From contig JAKSTF010000002.1 of the NCBI GenBank assembly GCA_024402715.1, positions 14,230-78,229 of the forward strand: a stretch of 64,000 nt of DNA, read 5' to 3'. This stretch comes from Alphaproteobacteria bacterium. GTDB taxonomy: Bacteria > Pseudomonadota > Alphaproteobacteria > Rs-D84. The notes below the pieces were generated by a model. The model did not search any database. It saw nothing but the letters and a program-made list of their open reading frames with translations, and had not been told where the DNA came from. Each line of letters opens with the position of its first letter. Position 1 is the stretch's first letter. Positions 1 to 8,278 of the stretch are shown here, one piece after another. The translations under genes and the position numbers were made by a program.

Positions 1-57
1 TTTAACCACAGATTTTAATGCGTTATCCAATAAATTTTGATAATCAATTTTTGCCAT
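1..57 (-). CDS. 5' end of an unidentified CDS running off the left edge of the window
   Basis: ATG at complement 57..55, 3 nt beyond the recF stop. It reads MAKIDYQNLLDNALKSVVK with no stop before position 1. Only 19 codons are visible, so no product call. Confidence 0.35.
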   Translation of the reverse strand, partial: MAKIDYQNLLDNALKSVVK

Positions 58-60
58 GTT

Positions 61-1146
61 TTATTTTATCTCCGATGACAGTATATTATTTATATTACCG
101 TTTGTGCAAGTAACAAATGCTGCGTCAGGAACATCTTTGAATACATTAGTGTCCAGGCCGGTTGCCCAAACCTGGGCATTTGTAGAGCTTAATTCATTAA
201 ATAAATTGGTACGTGCGGCGGCATCCAAATGGGCGGCAGCTTCGTCTAATAAAATGATCGGTTGTTTTGAGGTTTTTGTATGAATTAATTTTGCGTGCGC
301 CAAAATTATATTTAATAAAACGGTTTTTTGTTGGCCGGTACTGGTTAAATTCGCGGGTAAATTTAGTGTATGATTAAAAACCCCAAAATCCGATTTGTGT
401 GGGCCGTCTAATACCATTTTGTCGCCAATCAGTTCACGATTTTCATTTAAATATTTTAAATATTCGCGTTCTGCTGTGGCCGCCGTAATACCATTTAACA
501 GCATTGATTCAATTATCCCAGAAACGGATATCGCACAATCGGATAAGAAATAATTTAATTCACCAGCATATTTTATACGGGCATCGGCAATTGTAATTGC
601 TGTCCCGGAAATTTGTATGTCCAATGCATCAATCCATCGAGAATCGCGGCCATTTTTTAATGCAAATGCTCGTTCGGATAATAATTTTGATAACTTAGCA
701 ACCCGACCTGGGTGGTTCGCATCAAAACTGGATACCAAACGGTCAAAAAATGTTCGGCGTTCAGATGCACCGTCAACAAAGATTCTGTCTTCGCGTGGGG
801 TTATCCAAACCATACGCAGTGTATTTGCTAAATCAGATAATGTGGCACTGTCGCCATCAATTTTTGCACGGCGGTTTGTATCTCCAGGATTGAAATACAC
901 AGAGATTTGTGTTTCGTCGGACAATTCCGCGAATATGGAAAATCCATTGTTGGCCCCAAATCTAGACATTTCCCCAATAGGTGCACCACGCATACCACGG
1001 TCACCTGATAATATTGATACCGCTTCTAAAATTGCGGTTTTACCCGCACCGTTTGGCCCGGTAATGATAATATTGTGGTGCCCCCCAGTTTTAATTCTGG
1101 ACGATGTATGGTTACGAAAATCTGTTAATGTTATATTTTCAATCAT
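61..1146 (-). CDS. recF: DNA replication and repair protein RecF
   Basis: 361-aa ORF with N-terminal Walker A GPNGAGKT and a C-terminal ILLDEAAAHLD Walker B/D-loop. Overall RecF (SMC-like ATPase) layout. Confidence 0.9.
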   Translation of the reverse strand: MIENITLTDFRNHTSSRIKTGGHHNIIITGPNGAGKTAILEAVSILSGDRGMRGAPIGEMSRFGANNGFSIFAELSDETQISVYFNPGDTNRRAKIDGDSATLSDLANTLRMVWITPREDRIFVDGASERRTFFDRLVSSFDANHPGRVAKLSKLLSERAFALKNGRDSRWIDALDIQISGTAITIADARIKYAGELNYFLSDCAISVSGIIESMLLNGITAATAEREYLKYLNENRELIGDKMVLDGPHKSDFGVFNHTLNLPANLTSTGQQKTVLLNIILAHAKLIHTKTSKQPIILLDEAAAHLDAAARTNLFNELSSTNAQVWATGLDTNVFKDVPDAAFVTCTNGNINNILSSEIK

Positions 1147-1200
1147 TTTACGGCATACTACAACAGTTTTATGTAATATACAAGTATATGCATCATAATA

Positions 1201-1224
1201 AAACGCCCCGTGTGGGGCGGTATA
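1201..1224 (-). terminator. rho-independent terminator after the ABC permease gene
   Basis: Hairpin cgcccc-gtgt-ggggcg flanked by A/T runs, directly downstream of the stop at 1225. Confidence 0.6.
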
Positions 1225-2442
1225 TTATTCATAACGCAGACTGTCAATTGGGTTTAGTTTTGCCGCTTTTAATGCTGGCATAACACCGGATGCCAAACCA
1301 ACAATTACCGCAACAGATACAGATAATATAACGGGCCATACAGAAAATGGAACGTTATATCCCATCCATAACCGGCCGACACCTTGGGACAAACCTATGC
1401 CGAAAAACAATCCCGCCATTGAGCCAATAAATGAAATTAAAATCGATTCTGATAAAAACTGGATGATAATTTGACTTTCTCGTGCCCCGATTGCTTTGCG
1501 AACACCGATTTCACGTGTGCGTTCTGCAACAGATACTAACATCATGTTCATAATGCCAATGGCGCCGACCAGTAAAGATACCGCCGCAATCGCAATTAAC
1601 AACAATTTTAAATACCCGGTTACTGTATTCATTGTATCCATTATTTGTTTCATATCTTGGATTTGAAAATCGTCGGCGTCAGAATCTTTTAATTTATGAC
1701 GATCGCGTAAAATGGTACTTATTTGGTTTATGACAATGGTATTATCTGCATCTGCATATAATTTTAGTGTTATCATACTGACCGAATTTGGAAAACGGCT
1801 GCCTTGTAGACGTTTTTTTAATGTTGTAATTGGTATAAAGATTAAATCATCTTGACTGCCCATGGCAGATTCCCCTTTGGCCTTTGTGATACCTATGATT
1901 GTAAAGGGGGTGTTTTGTATACGGACGGTTTGACCAATTGGATCAGCGGGTAATTCCAATTCTTTTGCAATGTTTGGGCCGATAATCGCGTGTGTTGAAG
2001 CGTTGCGAACGGCAATTTGATCAAAAAAAGTCCCTTTGTCCATTTCTATATTTTGAACATCAGTATATCCAGGATATACCCCAACCATTGATGTAGACCA
2101 GTTTTTGTTACCATAAATTACCTGGGCACCGCTCATTTGAACAGGGCTGATTGCGGCGACATCTGGTAATTTAGCAATATATTCTGCGTCATCGATTGTT
2201 AGTGTCATGCGATTACCGGATCGTACACCCGCACTTTGTGCGGCCCCTGCACGAATTATAACGGTCCCTGTTCCTAATGATGAAAATTGATCCGTTATTT
2301 GTTTTTGAACCGTTTCACCAACCGCCACCATAATAACAACGGCCATAACACCGATAACAATACCTAATACGGTCAAAAATGAACGCATTTTATTACCGCT
2401 AACCGATAACCATGATTCTTTTAATATGTCATTAAATGTCAT
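1225..2442 (-). CDS. ABC transporter permease, FtsX/MacB-type
   Basis: 405 aa with an N-terminal TM helix, a large periplasmic domain and a C-terminal 3-TM FtsX-like bundle. Follows the cognate ATPase gene. Confidence 0.85.
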   Translation of the reverse strand: MTFNDILKESWLSVSGNKMRSFLTVLGIVIGVMAVVIMVAVGETVQKQITDQFSSLGTGTVIIRAGAAQSAGVRSGNRMTLTIDDAEYIAKLPDVAAISPVQMSGAQVIYGNKNWSTSMVGVYPGYTDVQNIEMDKGTFFDQIAVRNASTHAIIGPNIAKELELPADPIGQTVRIQNTPFTIIGITKAKGESAMGSQDDLIFIPITTLKKRLQGSRFPNSVSMITLKLYADADNTIVINQISTILRDRHKLKDSDADDFQIQDMKQIMDTMNTVTGYLKLLLIAIAAVSLLVGAIGIMNMMLVSVAERTREIGVRKAIGARESQIIIQFLSESILISFIGSMAGLFFGIGLSQGVGRLWMGYNVPFSVWPVILSVSVAVIVGLASGVMPALKAAKLNPIDSLRYE

Positions 2443-2456
2443 TGTTGCCCCCGTTG

Positions 2457-3182
2457 TTATAAATTTCGTTCATCTTTTGGAATCGGACCATCGTAATTGA
2501 TGTGTCCATCGCGTATGTGTATTAATCGATTGGCGTATTTTGCAATATCAAATTCGTGGGTAATCATAACGATTGTTATTCCTAAATCTTTATTTAGTTG
2601 TTTAAAAAACGTTAGAATTTCATGTCCCATTTTACTGTCCAATGCCCCGGTTGGTTCATCGGCTAAAATTAATTTTGGGTCACCTGCCAATGCACGTGCA
2701 ATTGCAACGCGTTGTTTCATCCCGCCAGATAATTGCGTTGGTAAATATGTTTCAAACCGTTCTAAGCCAACACGAGATAACATTTCTCGTGCACGGCGTA
2801 CACGTTCTGACATTGGCATACCACGGTACATCAATGGTAACATTACGTTGTCTAACACACTGCGTTTTGCCAACAAATTAAATTGCTGAAATACAAATCC
2901 GATAAATTCATTACGGATGGTTGCCAATTCATCGGCGCTCATATTGGTTATATCACGACCATATAATTCATACGTACCGGATGATGGCGTGTCTAATGCG
3001 CCGATTATATTCATACAGGTCGATTTCCCGGAACCAGATGGTCCCATTATTGCAACAAATTCGCCAACGTGTACGTCAAAGTTAATGTCGAACAATACCT
3101 GTTGCTCCCCCCCCATTTCTAAAGGGAAACTTTTGCAAATTTTTTGCATAGATATAATTGAGTCTGTTTTATTTTTTTTCAT
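2457..3182 (-). CDS. ABC transporter ATP-binding protein (MacB/LolD-like)
   Basis: Walker A GPSGSGKST, signature LSGGMKQRVAIARAL, Walker B ILADEPTGALD. The ATG at complement 3182 (MKKNKTD...) is preferred over the ORF-track start at 3251, which would overlap the upstream gene. Confidence 0.9.
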   Translation of the reverse strand: MKKNKTDSIISMQKICKSFPLEMGGEQQVLFDINFDVHVGEFVAIMGPSGSGKSTCMNIIGALDTPSSGTYELYGRDITNMSADELATIRNEFIGFVFQQFNLLAKRSVLDNVMLPLMYRGMPMSERVRRAREMLSRVGLERFETYLPTQLSGGMKQRVAIARALAGDPKLILADEPTGALDSKMGHEILTFFKQLNKDLGITIVMITHEFDIAKYANRLIHIRDGHINYDGPIPKDERNL

Positions 3183-3228
3183 TATGCTGACCTTCGGATA
3201 AAAAACGCACCATGTTGGTGCGTCATAT

Positions 3229-4437
3229 TTACATTGGGCGTCCCGCACCACCGCGCATACCGCGTTTCATTGTTTGTGAAGTCGTATTTGTTGTTTGACC
3301 CATTTTTCCAACAATTACCCTATCTCCATCGTGGATGTCGTCTGAAATAATTTCTGTTTCGGTTGCTGTGACTAATCCTTTGGTAAATGGAATCAATACA
3401 GGTTTGTTATCGCGTAAAATGGCTAAGAATTTATTGGGCGTAGCGTCACCTGGATTGGAAATAATCCCATCAAAACTGCGTAACAGTAAGCCTGCATTTC
3501 TTATTTTAAATATATTAAATTTTTCAGAAACAATAATTGTAACGAATGCAGTCATGCCAGGCATTAAACGCAAATCAGAATTATCTACGTCGATAACAAC
3601 TGTATAAACAACAACATTTGATGTGGTTGTTGGTGATAAACGAATCTGGCGGACACTCCCTTTGAATTCTTGATTAGGGTATGCATCAACGGTAAATTTT
3701 ACATCTTGACCTTCTTTGATAACACCGATATCAGCTTCAGAAACAGACGTTTCTATTTGCATCTTTGATAAATCTTCAGCGATTTCAAATAAGTCTGGGG
3801 TTTGGAAAGATGCTGCAACGGTTTGACCTTTATCAACTTTGCGTGAAATCACGGTGCCGTCAACAGGGGATGTAATTGTTGCGTATCCCAAATTAGTAAC
3901 AGCGCGATCGTATTGAGATTTCATACGATTAACTGATTGTTCTGCTTGTTCGTATGCCGTTTGCGATTGTTCCATTTCAGCACGGGCAATAAAACCATCA
4001 GTATACAGGGTTTTATTACGTTTATATTCATTTTTTGCATAATTGCGTTGTGATTCAGCACTGACCAATGCTGCCTTGGCTTCGGCTACAGAGGCCTGTA
4101 ATACAGACGGTTCAATTTTTAATAAAATCTGTCCTTTTTTGACCTTTGAATTATAATCAACAAAGATTTCTTCTATGGTTCCTGATACCTGTGAACCGAC
4201 GCTGACAGTATTAACCGGTTGAATTTCGCCTGTTGCTGTTACTGCTTGACGTAAATCACCACGTACAATTGTAATTGTTGAAAATTCACTTTTGGGTGTA
4301 TTTGTTTTTCCACCAAATAAGGATAAAATAACAAACATTACAACGAGGGCAACAATAATCCACCATTTGTGTAACCAAAACCATTTGAGCATTCGTGTAA
4401 AGCGTGATGTTTTTGGTGATAAGTTATTTTGTTTCAT
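3229..4437 (-). CDS. efflux periplasmic adaptor, HlyD/MacA family
   Basis: 402 aa with an N-terminal membrane anchor, a long coiled-coil hairpin (AEAKAALVSAESQ...YEQAEQSVNRMKSQYD) and a beta-barrel C-terminal half. Sits between the TolC-like and ABC genes. Confidence 0.85.
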   Translation of the reverse strand: MKQNNLSPKTSRFTRMLKWFWLHKWWIIVALVVMFVILSLFGGKTNTPKSEFSTITIVRGDLRQAVTATGEIQPVNTVSVGSQVSGTIEEIFVDYNSKVKKGQILLKIEPSVLQASVAEAKAALVSAESQRNYAKNEYKRNKTLYTDGFIARAEMEQSQTAYEQAEQSVNRMKSQYDRAVTNLGYATITSPVDGTVISRKVDKGQTVAASFQTPDLFEIAEDLSKMQIETSVSEADIGVIKEGQDVKFTVDAYPNQEFKGSVRQIRLSPTTTSNVVVYTVVIDVDNSDLRLMPGMTAFVTIIVSEKFNIFKIRNAGLLLRSFDGIISNPGDATPNKFLAILRDNKPVLIPFTKGLVTATETEIISDDIHDGDRVIVGKMGQTTNTTSQTMKRGMRGGAGRPM

Positions 4438-4441
4438 TGTA

Positions 4442-5797
4442 TTATTCTCCCTTTTCCATATCTACCCTAATTTCCCCAACAGCCAACGCAACAGCGGCAC
4501 GTTTTGTAAATAAATCGTATTTTGCCGCATTGTTTTGTTTTTGGGCAGAAACTAATTCTGATTGTGCGGTTTGCCAATCCAACATCGTTGCCTTGCCAAC
4601 TTTGTACATGCCGGCGGTAACTCGTTCACTTTCTGTTGCAGATGCCAATAACGTATTGGTTTGTGTTAATACTGTTTGGGCGGTTTTATAATTTTGGTAT
4701 GCTGTAAATATATCTAAAATTGCCGAATCTTGGGTTACACGCTCCTGTTCTGTTGCCCGGTCATAATTTGCTTGGGCTTGGCGTACGCCATACATATTTG
4801 CAAATCCCGCAAATATTGGCATTGAAGCACGAACCGAAATACTGGCATTATATTTATCACCGCCAATGTTATCGATTTCAGTATCATTCCAATTTATGGT
4901 TGCAGACGCAGAAATACTTGGCAAATTTTTTAAAAATGATGCATTACGCCGATGCCAGGCTGCATTTTTATTTGCTGTGGCACGTAATAAATCAGGACGT
5001 TTTTTTTGTGCGATTTCAATTAATTTATCAATATTTTTGATTTCTGCTGTGGTCCCGAATTCAGCGGGCATATCGGCGATGTCGATATCTTGGTCGGCGG
5101 AAAATGATAACTTAGCCAACAATGTTCCCTTGGCAATTTCACGGTTGTTTTTTGCACGTTCTAAATCTAATTCACGACTGGCCAATGTAGTTGCGGCTTT
5201 TAATACGTCAGATTTTGCAACAACACCGGCCCTGAATTTCTTATCTGCGGTATCCTTTGCTGTTTTGGCAACCGTCAATAATGATTGGGCACTGGTAACA
5301 TCGGCATTGGTATTCAATAAATTGTAATATGCACCAATCAAGCCATAAATATAATTCTGAACGGTTTCATCGTATTCAAATCCACTTGCACGCCAGGTTT
5401 CTGTTAATGTATTTAAATCGGCCAAACGTTTACCAAAATCAAAAATCAAATATGATGCGGATATGCTGGCACCATACGATGTATCACCACGATTGCCATT
5501 GTTATATGGAATAGATGTAGATGCAGACAAATTAACTGATGGTAAATAATTTGCGTATCCGGCATTTTTTGCAAAACGTGCGGATTCTGATGCCAAATAT
5601 GCAGATGTTGTTTGCGGATTACGACAAAGCCCCAATTCGATAATTTCTGGTAATGCAATTTTACCACCAGGGACAGTGTTTCGTGTTGCACAATTTTTAT
5701 CTGCACCGTTTGCAACAAATGGTATCAAACATACCAATAATGGAAATAATTTCATTACAAACTCTCTCGTATTTGTATATTTCAAAGTATTTTTCAT
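4442..5797 (-). CDS. TolC-family outer membrane efflux protein
   Basis: 451 aa with two repeated alpha/beta halves typical of outer membrane factor proteins. First gene of a 4-gene efflux operon. An alternative start at complement 5755 (MKLFPLLVCLIPFVANG) gives a cleaner signal peptide. Confidence 0.8.
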   Translation of the reverse strand: MKNTLKYTNTREFVMKLFPLLVCLIPFVANGADKNCATRNTVPGGKIALPEIIELGLCRNPQTTSAYLASESARFAKNAGYANYLPSVNLSASTSIPYNNGNRGDTSYGASISASYLIFDFGKRLADLNTLTETWRASGFEYDETVQNYIYGLIGAYYNLLNTNADVTSAQSLLTVAKTAKDTADKKFRAGVVAKSDVLKAATTLASRELDLERAKNNREIAKGTLLAKLSFSADQDIDIADMPAEFGTTAEIKNIDKLIEIAQKKRPDLLRATANKNAAWHRRNASFLKNLPSISASATINWNDTEIDNIGGDKYNASISVRASMPIFAGFANMYGVRQAQANYDRATEQERVTQDSAILDIFTAYQNYKTAQTVLTQTNTLLASATESERVTAGMYKVGKATMLDWQTAQSELVSAQKQNNAAKYDLFTKRAAVALAVGEIRVDMEKGE

Positions 5798-5860
5798 ATT
5801 ATATAATTTTTCTGTTGAATTGTAAAATAATTTTGCGTAGTATGTATTTCGCAGAGATAT

Positions 5861-5934
5861 GGCTCGGTGGCAGAGTGGTTATGCAGAGGACTGCAAATCC
5901 TTGGATGCCGGTTCGATTCCGACCCGGGCCTCCA
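5861..5934 (+). tRNA. tRNA-Cys (anticodon GCA)
   Basis: Cloverleaf folded by hand. Acceptor GGCUCGG/CCGGGCC, anticodon loop CUGCAAA, T-loop UUCGAUU, encoded CCA. One mismatch in the T stem. Confidence 0.9.
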
Positions 5935-5942
5935 CTTAAACA

Positions 5943-5965
5943 ACGTCCCAAATGGGGCGTTTTTT
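5943..5965 (+). terminator. rho-independent terminator after tRNA-Cys
   Basis: acgtccc-aaat-ggggcgt followed by TTTTT. Confidence 0.65.
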
Positions 5966-6042
5966 AATTTTATTATCAATTTATTCATAATAACCTTCCC
6001 TTTTTATGCTTTGTAATAACGAATTCTTAGGGGATAAGGTTC

Positions 6043-6065
6043 AAAAAAATGCCCCAATGGGGCAT
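6043..6065 (-). terminator. rho-independent terminator after infC
   Basis: atgcccc/ggggcat hairpin; the plus-strand A7 run gives a U-run on the minus strand. Lies just past the infC stop at 6071. Confidence 0.65.
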
Positions 6066-6070
6066 TTGTG

Positions 6071-6619
6071 TTATTTTGCGGGTGCAACGATAATTGATTT
6101 TGTTCGTTCATCTGGTTTTGATTTCGATTCTAATGTTCCCTGGGAACCTATTAATTCCATAATGTGTGCGAATAAACCTGGAACCGCATCACGGCCTTTG
6201 GCCAATACACGTCGATTACCCTTTGTCATAACAGATATTTTTACTTTATTGCCATCATTTAGAAATTCGAAAACCTTTTTCATTTTGATGTTTAAATCAT
6301 TTTCTTCAATAAACGGTTTTACCCAAACTTCACGAAGTTCTGTCGTTTTTTGGTTTTTCTTGGCTTCGTTTGCGCGTTTCTTTTGGTCGTACTTAAATTT
6401 GCCGTAATCCATAATTTTTACGATTGGTGGCGTGGCTGTAGCATTGATTTCAACCAAATCTAATTCTTCATCTGCCGCCAATGACAACGCCTGCGCAATT
6501 GGCATTACACCAAGATTTTGCCCAGAATTGCTGATAACTTGAACTGATTTTGCAAAAATGCGGTTATTTATACGTGGACCTGCATCACGGCGATTATCGC
6601 GGTTTAATGTTGGTTTAAT
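6071..6619 (-). CDS. infC: translation initiation factor IF-3, ATT start codon
   Basis: The ORF-track fragment (from M at 6505) is the IF-3 C-terminal part. The frame stays open upstream (IKPTLNRDNRRDAGPRINNRIFAKSVQVISNSGQNLGV) to an in-frame ATT at complement 6619..6617, preceded by AAGGAG 6 nt upstream. Confidence 0.9.
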   Translation of the reverse strand: MKPTLNRDNRRDAGPRINNRIFAKSVQVISNSGQNLGVMPIAQALSLAADEELDLVEINATATPPIVKIMDYGKFKYDQKKRANEAKKNQKTTELREVWVKPFIEENDLNIKMKKVFEFLNDGNKVKISVMTKGNRRVLAKGRDAVPGLFAHIMELIGSQGTLESKSKPDERTKSIIVAPAK

Positions 6620-6658
6620 TGTAGGCTCCTTTATTTGTGCTTGTATGAAAATTATTAA

Positions 6659-7459
6659 CTATTTTTCGGGGTTTTTCAACAAAATTTGTACCTGTTGCAG
6701 TGCTGTCCAGGCGTCTCGTTTGGCGGTTGGTTTCAGCATTAAATAATTTGGATGAAAAATTGGAATACATTTTGTCCCATTTTCCATATCTTTGATAATC
6801 CCATGATCTTTTGGTAAATTAGAATTGCAAATTTCCGTTGCCGCCAGTGTACCCAAAGTTAAAATTACCGTTGGGGTCAATAATTCAATTATACGATTAA
6901 TAAATGGACGTGTTAAATCCAGTTCGTCGCGACTTGGTGTGCGCCCCCCCGGTGTGCGCCAAAATACCAACGGGCTTATTGATACATTTGAACGATCTAT
7001 GCCGATTGCGCCAATCATTTTGTCTAATAATTCACCACAATTGCCAGACAAAATATTACCTGTTTCGTCATCGTCTGTGCTGGGAATGTCTGTGATAATC
7101 AATAACCCTGATTGGTTTGTGCCAATATGTGGTAAAACCGTGTTCGTTGCGCCGGCCCGCAATGGATGTGAAAATTGTCCAATCATACGTAATAAACTGG
7201 GGATGTCTGTTGGACGGGCCGCCATTGATTGGGCGGTGGTGTTTGATATTGGTGCAATTGGTGCAATTGGTGGAACAATTGATGTTGGTGTACGTCCAGA
7301 TGTTGCTAATGCCAATTCTGGGGTAACAGGGGTATCTGTTTTGAATGTTGGGGCTGTGCCACGTATGGTCGCGGGTGCTTGCTGTACAACAGATGGTGTG
7401 TCTGTCAATTCCCAATTAACTCCGGCCAGAATTAAATCCTGTAATTCTTTGCGTGACAT
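6659..7459 (-). CDS. uracil-DNA glycosylase superfamily protein (family-4-like, divergent motif A)
   Basis: The C-terminal ~170 aa has the UDG fold pattern and motif B FHPNYLMLKP. The position of the GEAPG motif reads TDIPS. The N-terminal ~90 aa is Pro/Thr/Ala-rich. Confidence 0.6.
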   Translation of the reverse strand: MSRKELQDLILAGVNWELTDTPSVVQQAPATIRGTAPTFKTDTPVTPELALATSGRTPTSIVPPIAPIAPISNTTAQSMAARPTDIPSLLRMIGQFSHPLRAGATNTVLPHIGTNQSGLLIITDIPSTDDDETGNILSGNCGELLDKMIGAIGIDRSNVSISPLVFWRTPGGRTPSRDELDLTRPFINRIIELLTPTVILTLGTLAATEICNSNLPKDHGIIKDMENGTKCIPIFHPNYLMLKPTAKRDAWTALQQVQILLKNPEK

Positions 7460-7536
7460 TAGTGTTTCCCCTTGATTTTTTTTCGATTTTATTATACACT
7501 ACAGCACGAGCAACAGAAACTCAAGGGAGTATTTTC

Positions 7537-7953
7537 ATGAAAGTAAAAAACTTTGCTATGTTGGCCGGTGTTGCCGGTTTGATGGCAGCATGTGGCGGTT
7601 CTTCAATCGTAGAACCAGCAGATATGAATGAACAACGTGTATTTTTCGCATTGAATTCTTCAGAAATTTCTGATGAAGCACGCGATAATTTGTTGGGTCA
7701 AGCATTGTATATGAAAAATCATGCCGATACAAAAATCCAAATCGCTGGTAATTGTGACGAACGTGGTTCTACAGAATACAACTTGGCATTGGGTGCACGT
7801 CGTGCAAACGCCGCTAAATCTGTTATGGTTGAAGATGGCGTAGAAGCAAATCGTATTTCTACAATTTCATACGGTAAAGAACGTCCAATGGTTAAAGGTT
7901 CTGGTGAATCTGTATGGAAATGGAATCGTAACGCAACAACAACAGTTAAATAA
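7537..7953 (+). CDS. pal: peptidoglycan-associated lipoprotein Pal
   Basis: Lipobox LMAAC, OmpA-like C-terminal domain (NCDERGSTEYNLALGARRA...YGKERP), AAGGGAG SD upstream of the ATG at 7537. Confidence 0.85.
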   Translation: MKVKNFAMLAGVAGLMAACGGSSIVEPADMNEQRVFFALNSSEISDEARDNLLGQALYMKNHADTKIQIAGNCDERGSTEYNLALGARRANAAKSVMVEDGVEANRISTISYGKERPMVKGSGESVWKWNRNATTTVK

Positions 7954-7973
7954 TTGTTGATGTTATGGAAAAT

Positions 7974-7998
7974 ACGTCGGGTGACCGACGTATTTTTT
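7974..7998 (+). terminator. rho-independent terminator after pal
   Basis: acgtcgg-gtga-ccgacgt followed by a T run. Confidence 0.7.
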
Positions 7999-8068
7999 AT
8001 TTGTGTGTGCTTGCCTTTCGGTTTTTTATTTTGTATCGTTTTATCAACTAAATTGGGGGAAATAAATT

Positions 8069-8269
8069 ATGGAAGAAAATAAATTATCTTTTGAAGATGC
8101 GTATAAACAGTTGGTGGAATTGGTAAAAAAAATGGAATCCGGTGAATTACCGTTGGCAGATTCTGTTGCAGCATACGAACAGGGGATTAAATTAAAAGCA
8201 TATTGCGAACAATTATTGAAAGAGGCTGAGTTAAAAATTGAAACGTTAAAGGTTTCAACTGCGGCATAG
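8069..8269 (+). CDS. xseB: exodeoxyribonuclease VII small subunit
   Basis: 66 aa with the SFEDAYKQLVELVKKMESGELPLADSV...YEQG pattern typical of XseB. Confidence 0.85.
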   Translation: MEENKLSFEDAYKQLVELVKKMESGELPLADSVAAYEQGIKLKAYCEQLLKEAELKIETLKVSTAA

Positions 8270-8278
8270 GGGGCTGTT

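Noticed and set aside
617-1198. Long antisense ORFs opposite housekeeping genes: 617..1198 vs recF, 6825..7475 vs the UDG-like gene, 9262..9924 vs mutS, and 37488..37955 vs recG.
   Set aside because: The opposite strand carries unambiguous conserved-family motifs in each case.
3107-3114. A C8/G8 homopolymer inside the ABC ATPase gene (encoding Met-Gly-Gly-Glu), considered as a phase-variation tract.
   Set aside because: It lies mid-gene in a conserved efflux ATPase whose partner genes are intact. It simply encodes Gly-Gly, so the case is weaker than for the tract at 49351.
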